DNA of 64,000 nt. It comes from Patescibacteria group bacterium (GTDB lineage Bacteria > Patescibacteriota > Patescibacteriia > UBA10025 > JAHIVO01). Under the pieces are notes generated by a model. It searched no databases. It was given only the letters and a program-made list of their open reading frames with translations, and was not told the DNA's origin. The translations under genes and the position numbers were made by a program. The stretch is from positions 129,776 to 193,775 of the forward strand of contig JAQULM010000002.1 of the NCBI GenBank assembly GCA_028718605.1. The letters run 5' to 3'. Below, in pieces: positions 10,285 to 20,724 of the stretch; the first letter of the stretch is position 1, and every line of letters begins with the position of its first letter.

Positions 10285-10319
10285 GAGGGTCTGTCCTCAC
10301 GCAGACCCTCTCTTTTTTA
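10285..10319 (+). terminator. Intrinsic terminator (gagggtctg-tcctcacg-cagaccctc followed by TCTTTTTTAT)
   Basis: Perfect 9-bp stem followed by a T-rich run, in a region with no annotated plus-strand gene. Confidence 0.6.
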
Positions 10320-10454
10320 TTGACACCATACGTGCACATGCTAGGCTGGCAGTAGCGGTACAGGGCGGGCATCAACAACGTTCACCACCAGGAGGCGTCC
10401 AATCCTGTATCCCGAAAACTAACCTGTGAATCTTTGTACAGGATGCAACCCAAA

Positions 10455-10495
10455 GGGCGGCACCATTTCCCCGGAGCCGCCCTGGATTATTTTTC
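10455..10495 (+). terminator. Intrinsic terminator (gggcggc...gccgccc followed by TGGATTATTTTTC); may also serve the convergent ABC gene
   Basis: 7-bp GC stem with a 14-nt loop, then a T-rich tract. Confidence 0.45.
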
Positions 10496-10505
10496 ACTTT
10501 TATTC

Positions 10506-12263
10506 TTATTGAATAAAGCCGCCTGCCTGGAGTTCCCACAACCGGCGATATACGCCAGCCGTTCGCATCAACGCAGCGTGCGATCCCTGTTCAACGATGC
10601 CTCCTTGGTCAATCACCACAATACGGTCCATCTTCCGAATCGTCGACAAACGGTGGGCGATCGCAATGACGGTCCTGCCTGCTATCAGCCCCTCCAGGGC
10701 GTCCTGGATCATGCGCTCGGATTCAGAATCCAAGCTCGACGTCGCTTCATCCAACACGAGGATCGGGGCACTGCTTAATATCGCCCGAGCTATGGCAACT
10801 CGCTGCCGCTCGCCACTCGAGAGTTTGACGCCGCGCTCACCAACGTACGTCTGGTACCCATCACTTAAGTTGCTGATAAATTCATGGCAGTGCGCACGCT
10901 TCGCTGCTTCGATGACCGCGGCGTCTGACACCGAGGGATTGCTGTAGCGGATATTTTCCAGAATCGAGCGGTGGAACAAAACGGGATCCTGGGGCACGAG
11001 GCTGATCGCCTGCCGCAGGCTCTGCTGGGTAATGTCGTGTATATCCTGGCCATCAACGAGGATTTTTCCGCCATCAATTTCATGTATCCGCAGCAGCAGC
11101 CGTACGAGTGTTGATTTTCCCGCACCCGACGGCCCGACCACCGCAACATGCTCGCGAGGCTTGATATCGAGGTTGAATTTCTTCAGCACCGGCCGCGTCT
11201 GGTTGTAGAAAAAGTCGACGTGCCGGAACGAAATAGCTCCCTCAACAACGCGGAGCGCGGTTGCGCCTGGCCGGTCCTTGATTTCATGGGGCGTTTCAAG
11301 AATCACGGCCATTTCCTCCGCGTCAGCGAGGTGCTCATAAATCTGCCGGATAACTTTTCCAAAATCCCACAAGCGGCTGAAAATATTGATCAGGTACGCC
11401 TGGATCAGTACAAAATCGCCAATGGTCAAGATTCCCCGCTGCCATAGGCGGATTGCGAGGTAAAAAATGCCGATTTCGAGGCCAACCATAAGAACGCCCT
11501 GCAGTGCTTCGAAGACGTTCCCGAGATCCCAGGTGATCCGCCGCAATTTCCGCAAAGCCTCGCTCGCACGGTCGAAACTCCGGGCTTCACGCGGCAGCCC
11601 GTTGAACAATTTCACCGTCCCCTGATTCGCAATCGTATCAGCGAGCAGTCCGGTTGTTTCCGTTTCAGCTGCGCTGCGGCGGAGGTCGTACTTCATCTTA
11701 AACCGCACGAAAAACCCGTTGAGCACCAAAAACAAGATTACCCAGCAGACAATGCCGCTCCCCAGCCAAACGTCACGGCGGAACAGTACGAAAGCGATCA
11801 CCCCGATATTCACGAAGAGGGGCGTTAAATTCCAGAGAATGCGGTCGCTGATGACCTCGTATGAACGCCCGAACCATTTGACCTTCTTCACGAGCGATCC
11901 GACGAAATTGTCGTTGAAAAATCGGAATGAATGCTGGTGAAGGTAAGAGAAACAGGTATTCGCGAGGTCGAGCATGACCTTTGGTTGGAAGTAGCTGGCC
12001 GTAAATGTTGCGACTCGCCAGCATGCCCAGTTGGCCATTTCCAAAACCGCGATCGCCAGCAGTATCGAAATCAGGTGTGGCGCGATATCATCCGGCGCTG
12101 AACTGCCAGTGAGCAGATTGAAAAAATCCTTGAAATACAACGGTACGATTACATTTGCGACGGCAGCGCCAACAATGCCGGCGATGCTGAACAAAACCGG
12201 CATTTTGTATTTCCACGTGGCTTCCCAGTAGAGCGAGATTGTTTTCCGTCGCCCAAATTTCAT
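10506..12263 (-). CDS. ABC transporter, fused permease/ATP-binding protein (MsbA/multidrug-exporter type)
   Basis: N-terminal six-TM domain; Walker A GPSGAGKST; ABC signature LSSGERQRVAIARAIL; Walker B ILVLDEATSSLD. Confidence 0.9.
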   Translation of the reverse strand: MKFGRRKTISLYWEATWKYKMPVLFSIAGIVGAAVANVIVPLYFKDFFNLLTGSSAPDDIAPHLISILLAIAVLEMANWACWRVATFTASYFQPKVMLDLANTCFSYLHQHSFRFFNDNFVGSLVKKVKWFGRSYEVISDRILWNLTPLFVNIGVIAFVLFRRDVWLGSGIVCWVILFLVLNGFFVRFKMKYDLRRSAAETETTGLLADTIANQGTVKLFNGLPREARSFDRASEALRKLRRITWDLGNVFEALQGVLMVGLEIGIFYLAIRLWQRGILTIGDFVLIQAYLINIFSRLWDFGKVIRQIYEHLADAEEMAVILETPHEIKDRPGATALRVVEGAISFRHVDFFYNQTRPVLKKFNLDIKPREHVAVVGPSGAGKSTLVRLLLRIHEIDGGKILVDGQDIHDITQQSLRQAISLVPQDPVLFHRSILENIRYSNPSVSDAAVIEAAKRAHCHEFISNLSDGYQTYVGERGVKLSSGERQRVAIARAILSSAPILVLDEATSSLDSESERMIQDALEGLIAGRTVIAIAHRLSTIRKMDRIVVIDQGGIVEQGSHAALMRTAGVYRRLWELQAGGFIQ

Positions 12264-12376
12264 ACAGATTGATTACGGATGTTCATTGATTTATTATGCG
12301 GCAGCGCTCCGAACGGACAACAAGCGTACCCCTCCCAAACGAAGGGTTCGCCGCGAGTATTGCTGATGCGCAACGC

Positions 12377-14791
12377 TTACCTTCGCTTCTCCAGCTTCAA
12401 AAGATTGATAGTCGTCTTGATAACGCGGTCAGGCGTGACTGAAACGCTGTTAATCCCTTCATTCGCCAGAAATTCCGCGTACCCGGGATGGTCGGACGGC
12501 GCTTGGCCGCAAATGCCGATATCCCGCTTGTTCTTCCGCGCTGCGCGGATGACCTGCGCGATCAGCCGTTTGACCGCAGGGTTCGTCTCGTCACCGACGT
12601 GGGTGAGCGTACCGGCGTCGCGGTCGAGGCCCAGGGTCAGCTGAGTCAGGTCATTGGAACCGATTGAGAAGCCATCAAATATTTTGCTGAATTCGTCGGC
12701 GAGAATGACATTGGACGGAATCTCGCACATCACGTACAGCTGTAAGCCATTAACGTGTTTGCGCAGGCCGTTCTGCGCCATGGCAGCGACGACTTTCTCC
12801 GCTTCCTCCACGGTGCGGCAGAATGGCACCATGACCTTAACGTTCGTCAAACCCATGACATCGCGGACGTACTTGAGCGCCTTGCACTCCATGTCGAATG
12901 CGGGGCGGTAGACCGGGTCATAGTACCGCGATGCGCCGCGCCACCCGAGCATGGGATTGTGCTCCACGGGCTCGAATTCTGCGCCGCCGATCAAACCGGC
13001 GTATTCATTGGTTTTAAAGTCGGATAATCGAACAATGATCTCGCGCGGATAGAACGCAGCGGCGATAGTCGCGATGCCGTACGCAAGCTTGTCAACATAA
13101 TACTGCCGTTTATCCGTATAACCAACAGTCATCTCCTCAATCAGCTTTTTTGCCTTCGGATCTTTCAGTTTGGGATAGTGGACCAACGCTAACGGGTGAA
13201 TTTTAATGTATGAAGTAATGATAAACTCTTCGCGGGCGAGCCCAACGCCGTCATTCGGTATCTGCGACGTTTGGAATGCAAGCTCCGGCGTGCCAAAAAT
13301 CAGTTTGACTTTGGTCTTTTTTGGCCGGCCCATGGCAGCGAGGTTTGTCCGCTTCACCGAGAACGGCAGCTTGCCGGCATACACGTGGCCGACGTCGCCC
13401 TCCGAACAGCTCACGGTGACGTCAATGCCATGCTTGATTTTCCGCGTCGCATTGCTGGTGCCGACGATTGCAGGGATGCCGAGCTCGCGCGATACGATGG
13501 CCGCGTGCGACGTCCGGCCGCCTTCATTCGTCACGATCGCAGACGCAATCTTCATGATCGGCTCCCAATCGGGATCCGTCATGTGGGTCACGAGGACTTC
13601 GCCTTTCTTGAACTTCATGATGCCTTTCACGTCCTTGATGACGTTCGTACGGCCGACACCGATCTTCTGGCCAACGGGCGAACCGGATGTAATAATTTTT
13701 CCCTTCTTCTTGAGCGAATATTCCTCAAGGACTCCCGCGTTCCGCTGGGATACGACCGTCTCGGGACGCGCCTGGACAATGAATAATTCGCCGGTCATGC
13801 CGTCTTTCGCCCATTCAGTATCCATCGGCTTGAAATGCCCCGCTTCCTTGGAGTAATGGTCTTCGATAATAATCGCCCATTTCGCAAGCTGCAGCGCTTC
13901 CGCGTCAGTGATGCAATACCGTTTGCGGTCTGCCTCGGGCGTTGGGATATTTTTCGTCGGGTGGGCGCCGCCGGCGTAAATCATCTTAATGCGCTTGGTG
14001 CCCATGGTCTTCGAAACGATCGGCCTAAACCCCTTGCGGAGCGTTGGTTTGTGGATATAAAACTCATCAGGGCTGACAGCGCCCTGCACGACGTTTTCGC
14101 CGAGGCCGTAGGATCCGTTGATGAGCACCATGTCTTTGTGGCCGGATTCGGTATCGATCGTGAACATGACGCCGGATGCTGCTTTATCAGAACGGACCAT
14201 CTTCTGCACGCCGATCGACAGCCCGATTGAAAAATGGTCAAAATGCTTGTCTTCGCGGTAGGAAATCGCCCGGTCAGTAAACAGCGAGGCGAAACAGCGA
14301 TGGCACGCATCAATGAGCGCCTTTGGCCCGCGGATATTGAGATAGGTTTCTTGCTGGCCAGCGAAGGACGCGTCTGGCAGGTCCTCTGCCGTCGCTGATG
14401 ATCGAACCGCGACATCAACGCCCTTCCCGTACTGTTTCTCCAGTTTATGGTAATTCTTTATGATAAGCTCTTCTAAATCTTTGGGGAATGGCGCGGACAA
14501 AACGAGCTTCCGCACTTTCTTCCCGCGTTCCTGCAGGTTACGCAGGTTGTGGGTGTTGAGATCCGAGAGGATCCGCTTAACCTCATTGCGAATCCCAGCT
14601 TTCTTAAGCAAATAAAAATACGCTGTTGCTGTTATCGCAAACCCATTCGGCACCTTTACTCCATGCCGAGTGAGATTCTGATACATTTCGCCCAATGAAG
14701 CGTTCTTGCCTCCAACCAGCGGAACGTCCTTGATGCCAAGCTCCGAAAACCATAGGATAAGCGCTCGTTTTCTCGATTGTGCATTCGCCAT
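12377..14791 (-). CDS. ppsA: Phosphoenolpyruvate synthase (pyruvate, water dikinase)
   Basis: N-terminus LILWFSELGIKDVPLVGGKNASLGEM matches PpsA. PEP-utilising mobile domain GGRTSHAAIVSRELGIPAIVG. C-terminal PEP-binding TIM-barrel region. Confidence 0.9.
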   Translation of the reverse strand: MANAQSRKRALILWFSELGIKDVPLVGGKNASLGEMYQNLTRHGVKVPNGFAITATAYFYLLKKAGIRNEVKRILSDLNTHNLRNLQERGKKVRKLVLSAPFPKDLEELIIKNYHKLEKQYGKGVDVAVRSSATAEDLPDASFAGQQETYLNIRGPKALIDACHRCFASLFTDRAISYREDKHFDHFSIGLSIGVQKMVRSDKAASGVMFTIDTESGHKDMVLINGSYGLGENVVQGAVSPDEFYIHKPTLRKGFRPIVSKTMGTKRIKMIYAGGAHPTKNIPTPEADRKRYCITDAEALQLAKWAIIIEDHYSKEAGHFKPMDTEWAKDGMTGELFIVQARPETVVSQRNAGVLEEYSLKKKGKIITSGSPVGQKIGVGRTNVIKDVKGIMKFKKGEVLVTHMTDPDWEPIMKIASAIVTNEGGRTSHAAIVSRELGIPAIVGTSNATRKIKHGIDVTVSCSEGDVGHVYAGKLPFSVKRTNLAAMGRPKKTKVKLIFGTPELAFQTSQIPNDGVGLAREEFIITSYIKIHPLALVHYPKLKDPKAKKLIEEMTVGYTDKRQYYVDKLAYGIATIAAAFYPREIIVRLSDFKTNEYAGLIGGAEFEPVEHNPMLGWRGASRYYDPVYRPAFDMECKALKYVRDVMGLTNVKVMVPFCRTVEEAEKVVAAMAQNGLRKHVNGLQLYVMCEIPSNVILADEFSKIFDGFSIGSNDLTQLTLGLDRDAGTLTHVGDETNPAVKRLIAQVIRAARKNKRDIGICGQAPSDHPGYAEFLANEGINSVSVTPDRVIKTTINLLKLEKRR

Positions 14792-14841
14792 ACAAAAAAT
14801 ATGTTACTGATCTTTTCGCATTTTACATATTGAAGTATACC

Positions 14842-14874
14842 ACAAAAAGCCCGGAATCACGAATCCCGGGCCTT
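14842..14874 (-). terminator. Intrinsic terminator after the small membrane-protein gene (aagcccgg...ccgggcctt, then T5 on the minus strand)
   Basis: GC hairpin with an A5 run on the plus strand, which is a T-run on the minus strand. Confidence 0.45.
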
Positions 14875-14904
14875 TCGCGTTGTATTGAAAAATTTCGGAA
14901 CCGA

Positions 14905-15219
14905 TTATACGTGAATTTTTTCTGCAATATCGCCGATGACCGGGATTTTGTATCGCTCGCCTGAGAGCGCCTTGATAAAACCGATAATCATGAGCACGAC
15001 GACGACAAACCACACGACCCAGCCGATCACCGGGATAACCCCGATGAACGACGCAATGAACAGAATGAGCCCCTGCTTGGCGTGAAATTTTACGAACTCA
15101 TCCTCCTTCTTGATAATAAGCATGACTATGCTGAGGATCCAAACATACGAGAGTGCCGCCATCAGGTTGCTGTCTCCGGTGGCAGCCGGTTTTACTGGGT
15201 TATTCTTTTGTTCTTCCAT
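14905..15219 (-). CDS. DUF4870-family small membrane protein
   Basis: LMAALSYVWILSIVMLIIKKEDEFVKFHAKQGLILFI...IPVIGW matches the DUF4870 pattern. Start chosen at the ATG preceded by AAGGAGGTG with 6-nt spacing; the ORF-track start is 24 nt upstream. Confidence 0.7.
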   Translation of the reverse strand: MEEQKNNPVKPAATGDSNLMAALSYVWILSIVMLIIKKEDEFVKFHAKQGLILFIASFIGVIPVIGWVVWFVVVVLMIIGFIKALSGERYKIPVIGDIAEKIHV

Positions 15220-15685
15220 ACATGACACCTCCTTTCGCATCACTGCGATTTCGCTTAGTAGTTAATGTTTGATATATAAGATACGTACCAAAGGTGATGG
15301 CAATCCCGATGCATCCTGTGATGAACGGCCGCCTGATGATATTGAGGAGATACACAAGTTCACGGTACCACGCGAGGTCAAAAATTACCAAGAGGAGGCC
15401 GGCGATACATGAAACATAGATTGCCGCCGCAATTGCCGTCGACAGGCGCACCTGGTATCGCTTGAGGAGCCACCCAGTCATCAGAACAAAGGCAATTGCA
15501 TCTGCAATCCACGGGCCGTATGGCAAAAAAAGATCATAGACGACCGCACCAATTTCTAACAAGATGAGAAGCACTATAATAATGCGTGTCGCCCGCCAAT
15601 AGAAGAGAAGGCTCTTGCCGGCGATGGATGCATCATCAGCCGGTCCTGTCGCCGCGAATGCATTGTGGACTGCCAGCTCATCCAT
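15200..15685 (-). CDS. Integral membrane protein, hypothetical
   Basis: Four predicted TM helices. Start moved to the internal Met (MDELAVH...) because the ORF-track N-terminal extension would run into the terminator hairpin at 15752-15781. Confidence 0.45.
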   Translation of the reverse strand: MDELAVHNAFAATGPADDASIAGKSLLFYWRATRIIIVLLILLEIGAVVYDLFLPYGPWIADAIAFVLMTGWLLKRYQVRLSTAIAAAIYVSCIAGLLLVIFDLAWYRELVYLLNIIRRPFITGCIGIAITFGTYLIYQTLTTKRNRSDAKGGVMYGRTKE

Positions 15686-15751
15686 ACGTACTGTGATAAA
15701 CTCCTCTGTTTCCCTATAAGTATACTGAAAATCAACGGGAATAGCAACAAA

Positions 15752-15781
15752 CAAAAATCCCGATGTTCATCGGGATTTTTG
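15752..15781. terminator. Hairpin aaatcccgatg..catcgggattttt flanked by an A-run and a T-run (bidirectional; groEL terminator on the minus strand)
   Basis: 7-9 bp stem with a T5 run on both strands. Confidence 0.45.
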
Positions 15782-15976
15782 CTGTATATCGAATGTGTAC
15801 ACAACGAAACTGATTATCGTCGAACCTGCATAGTATCGTGGGTTGCGGTTTTGCCGGCCGTACCGATATCATTTTATAGCCGAATAACACAAACGTTAAA
15901 CGATACGAGCTGCCTAAACTCAAACGCAAACCTTCCATCATTTTCCCCAATCGCTCCTCTACCTCTTCTTGCCTTT

Positions 15977-17653
<1,677 letters not shown>

Positions 17654-17932
17654 TTACTTTTCAACTTTTGCTAACACGTCTTCTTCCTTCAACACTTTGT
17701 ACTCGACATCGTCAACGGTGACCTCTTCGCCTGAGTACTTCCCGAAAATGACGATGTCCGCTTTCTTCAGGCCGAGCTTCTTGATCTTTTCTCCTTCTCC
17801 GACGGCAATAACCTCGCCTTCCTCTTTCTTTTCTTTTTCAACGGTATCGGGTAACACAATACCGGCCTTGGTAACCTCTTCGTCGGTTACCGGCTTGACG
17901 ATGACTCTGTCTCCCAATGGGACTAGTTTCAT
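17654..17932 (-). CDS. groS: Co-chaperonin GroES (Cpn10)
   Basis: 92 aa; KLVPLGDRVIVKP...GIVLP...IVIFGKYSG. AAGGAG Shine-Dalgarno site 8 nt upstream. Confidence 0.95.
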   Translation of the reverse strand: MKLVPLGDRVIVKPVTDEEVTKAGIVLPDTVEKEKKEEGEVIAVGEGEKIKKLGLKKADIVIFGKYSGEEVTVDDVEYKVLKEEDVLAKVEK

Positions 17933-17969
17933 AGTATTTGCTCCTTACTTAGTTATTTTTGGCTTGAAA

Positions 17970-17996
17970 TTAGCACTCATTAATCAAGAGTGCTAA
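17970..17996 (-). promoter_or_regulatory. CIRCE operator (HrcA binding site) TTAGCACTC-N9-GAGTGCTAA in the groES leader
   Basis: Perfect 9-N9-9 inverted repeat identical to the CIRCE consensus, sitting between the groES promoter and its Shine-Dalgarno site. Confidence 0.9.
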
Positions 17997-18008
17997 TCAG
18001 TAGTTTCC

Positions 18009-18038
18009 ATTGTATAGAATGCAAAAACCAGTGTCAAG
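18009..18038 (-). promoter_or_regulatory. groESL promoter TTGACA-17-TACAAT (minus strand)
   Basis: Consensus -35, 17-nt spacer and near-consensus -10, immediately upstream of CIRCE. Confidence 0.65.
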
Positions 18039-18046
18039 GCGTGCAA

Positions 18047-19408
18047 TTACTTCAAGTTATCCACAAAAAACTCCTCATACCGCTTTGCCCAGAGCCCGAG
18101 AATGAGCCAGAAAAATAATACGCCGAATGAGAGGCTCCAGAGATAATGGTCGACGGCCCCGAGCGCGAGGAGGACCACAAACGCAAGGCTGTATGCCGAA
18201 AACCAGCTGACCATCATGAATTTTTTCCGGTGTTCCCAAAATGCCATGGAGCACACCGTTCCGCACAGGACGACAAACGCCAATCCGCCGAACACGCCCG
18301 TCTCAGCAGTAATGAGAAGGTATATCGAATGCACCGGCTGGTAGTCCCACACGTTCCTGCCAGGCATGCGTTGCTGGGTGGCGGCTGTATAGCTGCCGAT
18401 CCCAACGCCCTGGTACCATGAATCCTCGATGACCTCAGCCGCTTCCCGGTATGAAGACAGCCGCTCGGTGTTTGATTTCACCTCGAGCCTGCCACCCTCG
18501 ACACGCGTCTGCCATACATCCGGCAGCAGGAGGACGCTGAACGCTGTCACGAGCACGATCCAGAATAAAACCGGTGTCAAAATTTTTACGCGGTAGGTGT
18601 CGCGATGCACGAGCGCAACGAAGAACAGCACGAGACAGGCACACCACCACGCGATGATCGCTGCTCGGGAAAACGTCAGTATCAACCCATAATACAAAAT
18701 GACAAGCGAGGTTACAGCACACAGGATACCGGCGATATTCTGCGACCGGTTGCGGTACGCACGGAACAGGTACGCGACAACAATGAGCAGGCATATGACG
18801 AGCAGCGCAGCGAGCATGTTTGGATGCGGCAAACCGCCGTACGCCCGCAGAAATCGGCCTGATGCTGTTTCAACAACGAAATCCCCCAGCACATCCGGAC
18901 TATGGCTCGCGATGCCCAAAATCGTGCTTGCCTCGATGCGCTGGGAGAAAAACTGGTAAATTCCTAACACTGCCTGGATCACGCCCGCTGCCACGAACGC
19001 AGCGCCGATTCGTTCCCAGCGGAACCGGACGCGGATGCACGTCCAAAAAAGCACGATTCCCTCCAGGAGCTTCGCAGCCGCATACCACGACGCGTCAGCA
19101 TTTTTTGACCAAAAAATCGAGCTGAACGCGATTGCGAACAGCACAACGATTACCGCCCGAATCTGGTGCAGCGGCTTATACGCGGCAACTTTAGGGGCGC
19201 TCAGGCTCAGGAGCGCGACGACGATGAGAATAATATCAGCGAGGTACAAACTGCATGTTCCGTACTCCCAGTGCCCGCCAGCGAGGAACCCCTGATGCCA
19301 GATCCAGCGGGTTTGCCACGGGAGGAAAAATACGAAAAGGTATATTCCGTATTCGGCGCATTTTTCAAAAATTTTTTTCATAGGATTCGGGCAGCGCGCT
19401 TGCGCCAT
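18047..19408 (-). CDS. O-antigen ligase/Wzy-like polytopic membrane protein
   Basis: About 12 TM helices with one large loop and about 450 aa, typical of the Wzy_C/O-antigen ligase family. No diagnostic motif checked. Confidence 0.45.
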   Translation of the reverse strand: MAQARCPNPMKKIFEKCAEYGIYLFVFFLPWQTRWIWHQGFLAGGHWEYGTCSLYLADIILIVVALLSLSAPKVAAYKPLHQIRAVIVVLFAIAFSSIFWSKNADASWYAAAKLLEGIVLFWTCIRVRFRWERIGAAFVAAGVIQAVLGIYQFFSQRIEASTILGIASHSPDVLGDFVVETASGRFLRAYGGLPHPNMLAALLVICLLIVVAYLFRAYRNRSQNIAGILCAVTSLVILYYGLILTFSRAAIIAWWCACLVLFFVALVHRDTYRVKILTPVLFWIVLVTAFSVLLLPDVWQTRVEGGRLEVKSNTERLSSYREAAEVIEDSWYQGVGIGSYTAATQQRMPGRNVWDYQPVHSIYLLITAETGVFGGLAFVVLCGTVCSMAFWEHRKKFMMVSWFSAYSLAFVVLLALGAVDHYLWSLSFGVLFFWLILGLWAKRYEEFFVDNLK

Positions 19409-20304
19409 TCCGCTAAGTAGACAGAACGACGGTCGTTGTCATGGAACTTAAGCATCCGGTCGGTGACGATCACGCGGGAATCTTTATTCGCAACATCCCG
19501 CAACCGCGCCGGCATAATCCGCAACTGGTACTTCTTGAAAATCGACTCGGGCACCAGGGCGCATAGTGCCTGCGTGAACTGCTGCAACCAGCGAACCGGC
19601 TGCACCGTACGGCGCGGTGTGGGTGCCACGGTAATCCAATGCGGAATCGTTTTCCACACCCAATTGTTTGCCGCGACGAAACGATCGTACGCACCATCAT
19701 CGTACACCGGTACAACCTGCGCGGTCCAATACGGCAAATAGATGTCGTCGCGAAGCTGCAGCTGCTCGATACTGAGCGCATCGTCAGACAGAAAAAAAGA
19801 AGCGCAGAACGTGTCACGGGTTCGTCCGGGCCGCGGCCGAACATTCAACAGACGCAGCAATCCGACGACCCAGAAACGTGACTGCCATATGCGGCCGTGC
19901 CGGGTAATGATGAACAGGTCGATGTCCGCGTCGGGGCGGCTGTTATTGAACGCGAGCGTGTTGCACACGCCGACCATGCGGACGAACGGGACAAACCGCA
20001 AAAGTTTCAGCATACGGACTGTCCGGCTGAATTTCTGTTCAGCAAACCGGTACCGATCCATCCGCTGATGGACGATGCCATCTCTGCCGGTGAGAAAATA
20101 AAAACCATACTTCGCGCTGACCGCGCCGCGCAGCGGAGCACTCGTTTCGAGAAGGGCAACGATATCAACAAGGGTTACAGCTGCAAGATCGCGGTTTTCA
20201 GCGCCGGTATACAGCCACTTCCACAGCTCAAAAGACGTCAATGGATAATCGAAAATATCGAAGTAGCACAGCGTCTTGAGTATTGCTTGTTCGAGGGCAT
20301 CCAT
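19378..20304 (-). CDS. Hypothetical protein (possible nucleotidyltransferase fold: ...SRPDADIDLFIIT...)
   Basis: 308-aa ORF overlapping the upstream gene's start by 31 nt. A DxD-type motif is the only clue. Confidence 0.45.
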   Translation of the reverse strand: MDALEQAILKTLCYFDIFDYPLTSFELWKWLYTGAENRDLAAVTLVDIVALLETSAPLRGAVSAKYGFYFLTGRDGIVHQRMDRYRFAEQKFSRTVRMLKLLRFVPFVRMVGVCNTLAFNNSRPDADIDLFIITRHGRIWQSRFWVVGLLRLLNVRPRPGRTRDTFCASFFLSDDALSIEQLQLRDDIYLPYWTAQVVPVYDDGAYDRFVAANNWVWKTIPHWITVAPTPRRTVQPVRWLQQFTQALCALVPESIFKKYQLRIMPARLRDVANKDSRVIVTDRMLKFHDNDRRSVYLAEWRKRAARIL

Positions 20305-20383
20305 ACGCTATAGTATACCGTGTTCTGCTGGTTACGGAAACTGACGCATTCAAAACAAATCCCGGTTATCACCGTAACCGGGA

Positions 20384-20584
20384 TCATTTCTTGCCCCCAA
20401 CGAGCATCTCGCCAATTAAGAACCAGATAAATACCCAGACGGCAACGAGCACTGACGCAGCCACTGAGCTGAACGCGCGCTGCAACCACGGTCCGTCGCC
20501 GAAAATCATTCCGGCCGAACCGTAAACGGCGAGGCAGAACACGAGCACCCAGACGCCCGTCCGACGAATACTCCGGACTGACAT
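20384..20584 (-). CDS. Small two-TM membrane protein, hypothetical
   Basis: 66 aa from the ATG preceded by GGGAGGA with 4-5 nt spacing; two hydrophobic helices. Confidence 0.45.
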   Translation of the reverse strand: MSVRSIRRTGVWVLVFCLAVYGSAGMIFGDGPWLQRAFSSVAASVLVAVWVFIWFLIGEMLVGGKK

Positions 20585-20724
20585 GATTTCCTCCCTTGGT
20601 TTCTGGCAAATGACATTCACTAATTCAAATGATGGTACTCCAAAACAGGACGCTTGTCAAGGTATGGCATGCCGTTGCTCAAATAATCCCAATTCAATTC
20701 CAAACAGAAAGAAGGGGTGGCCCC

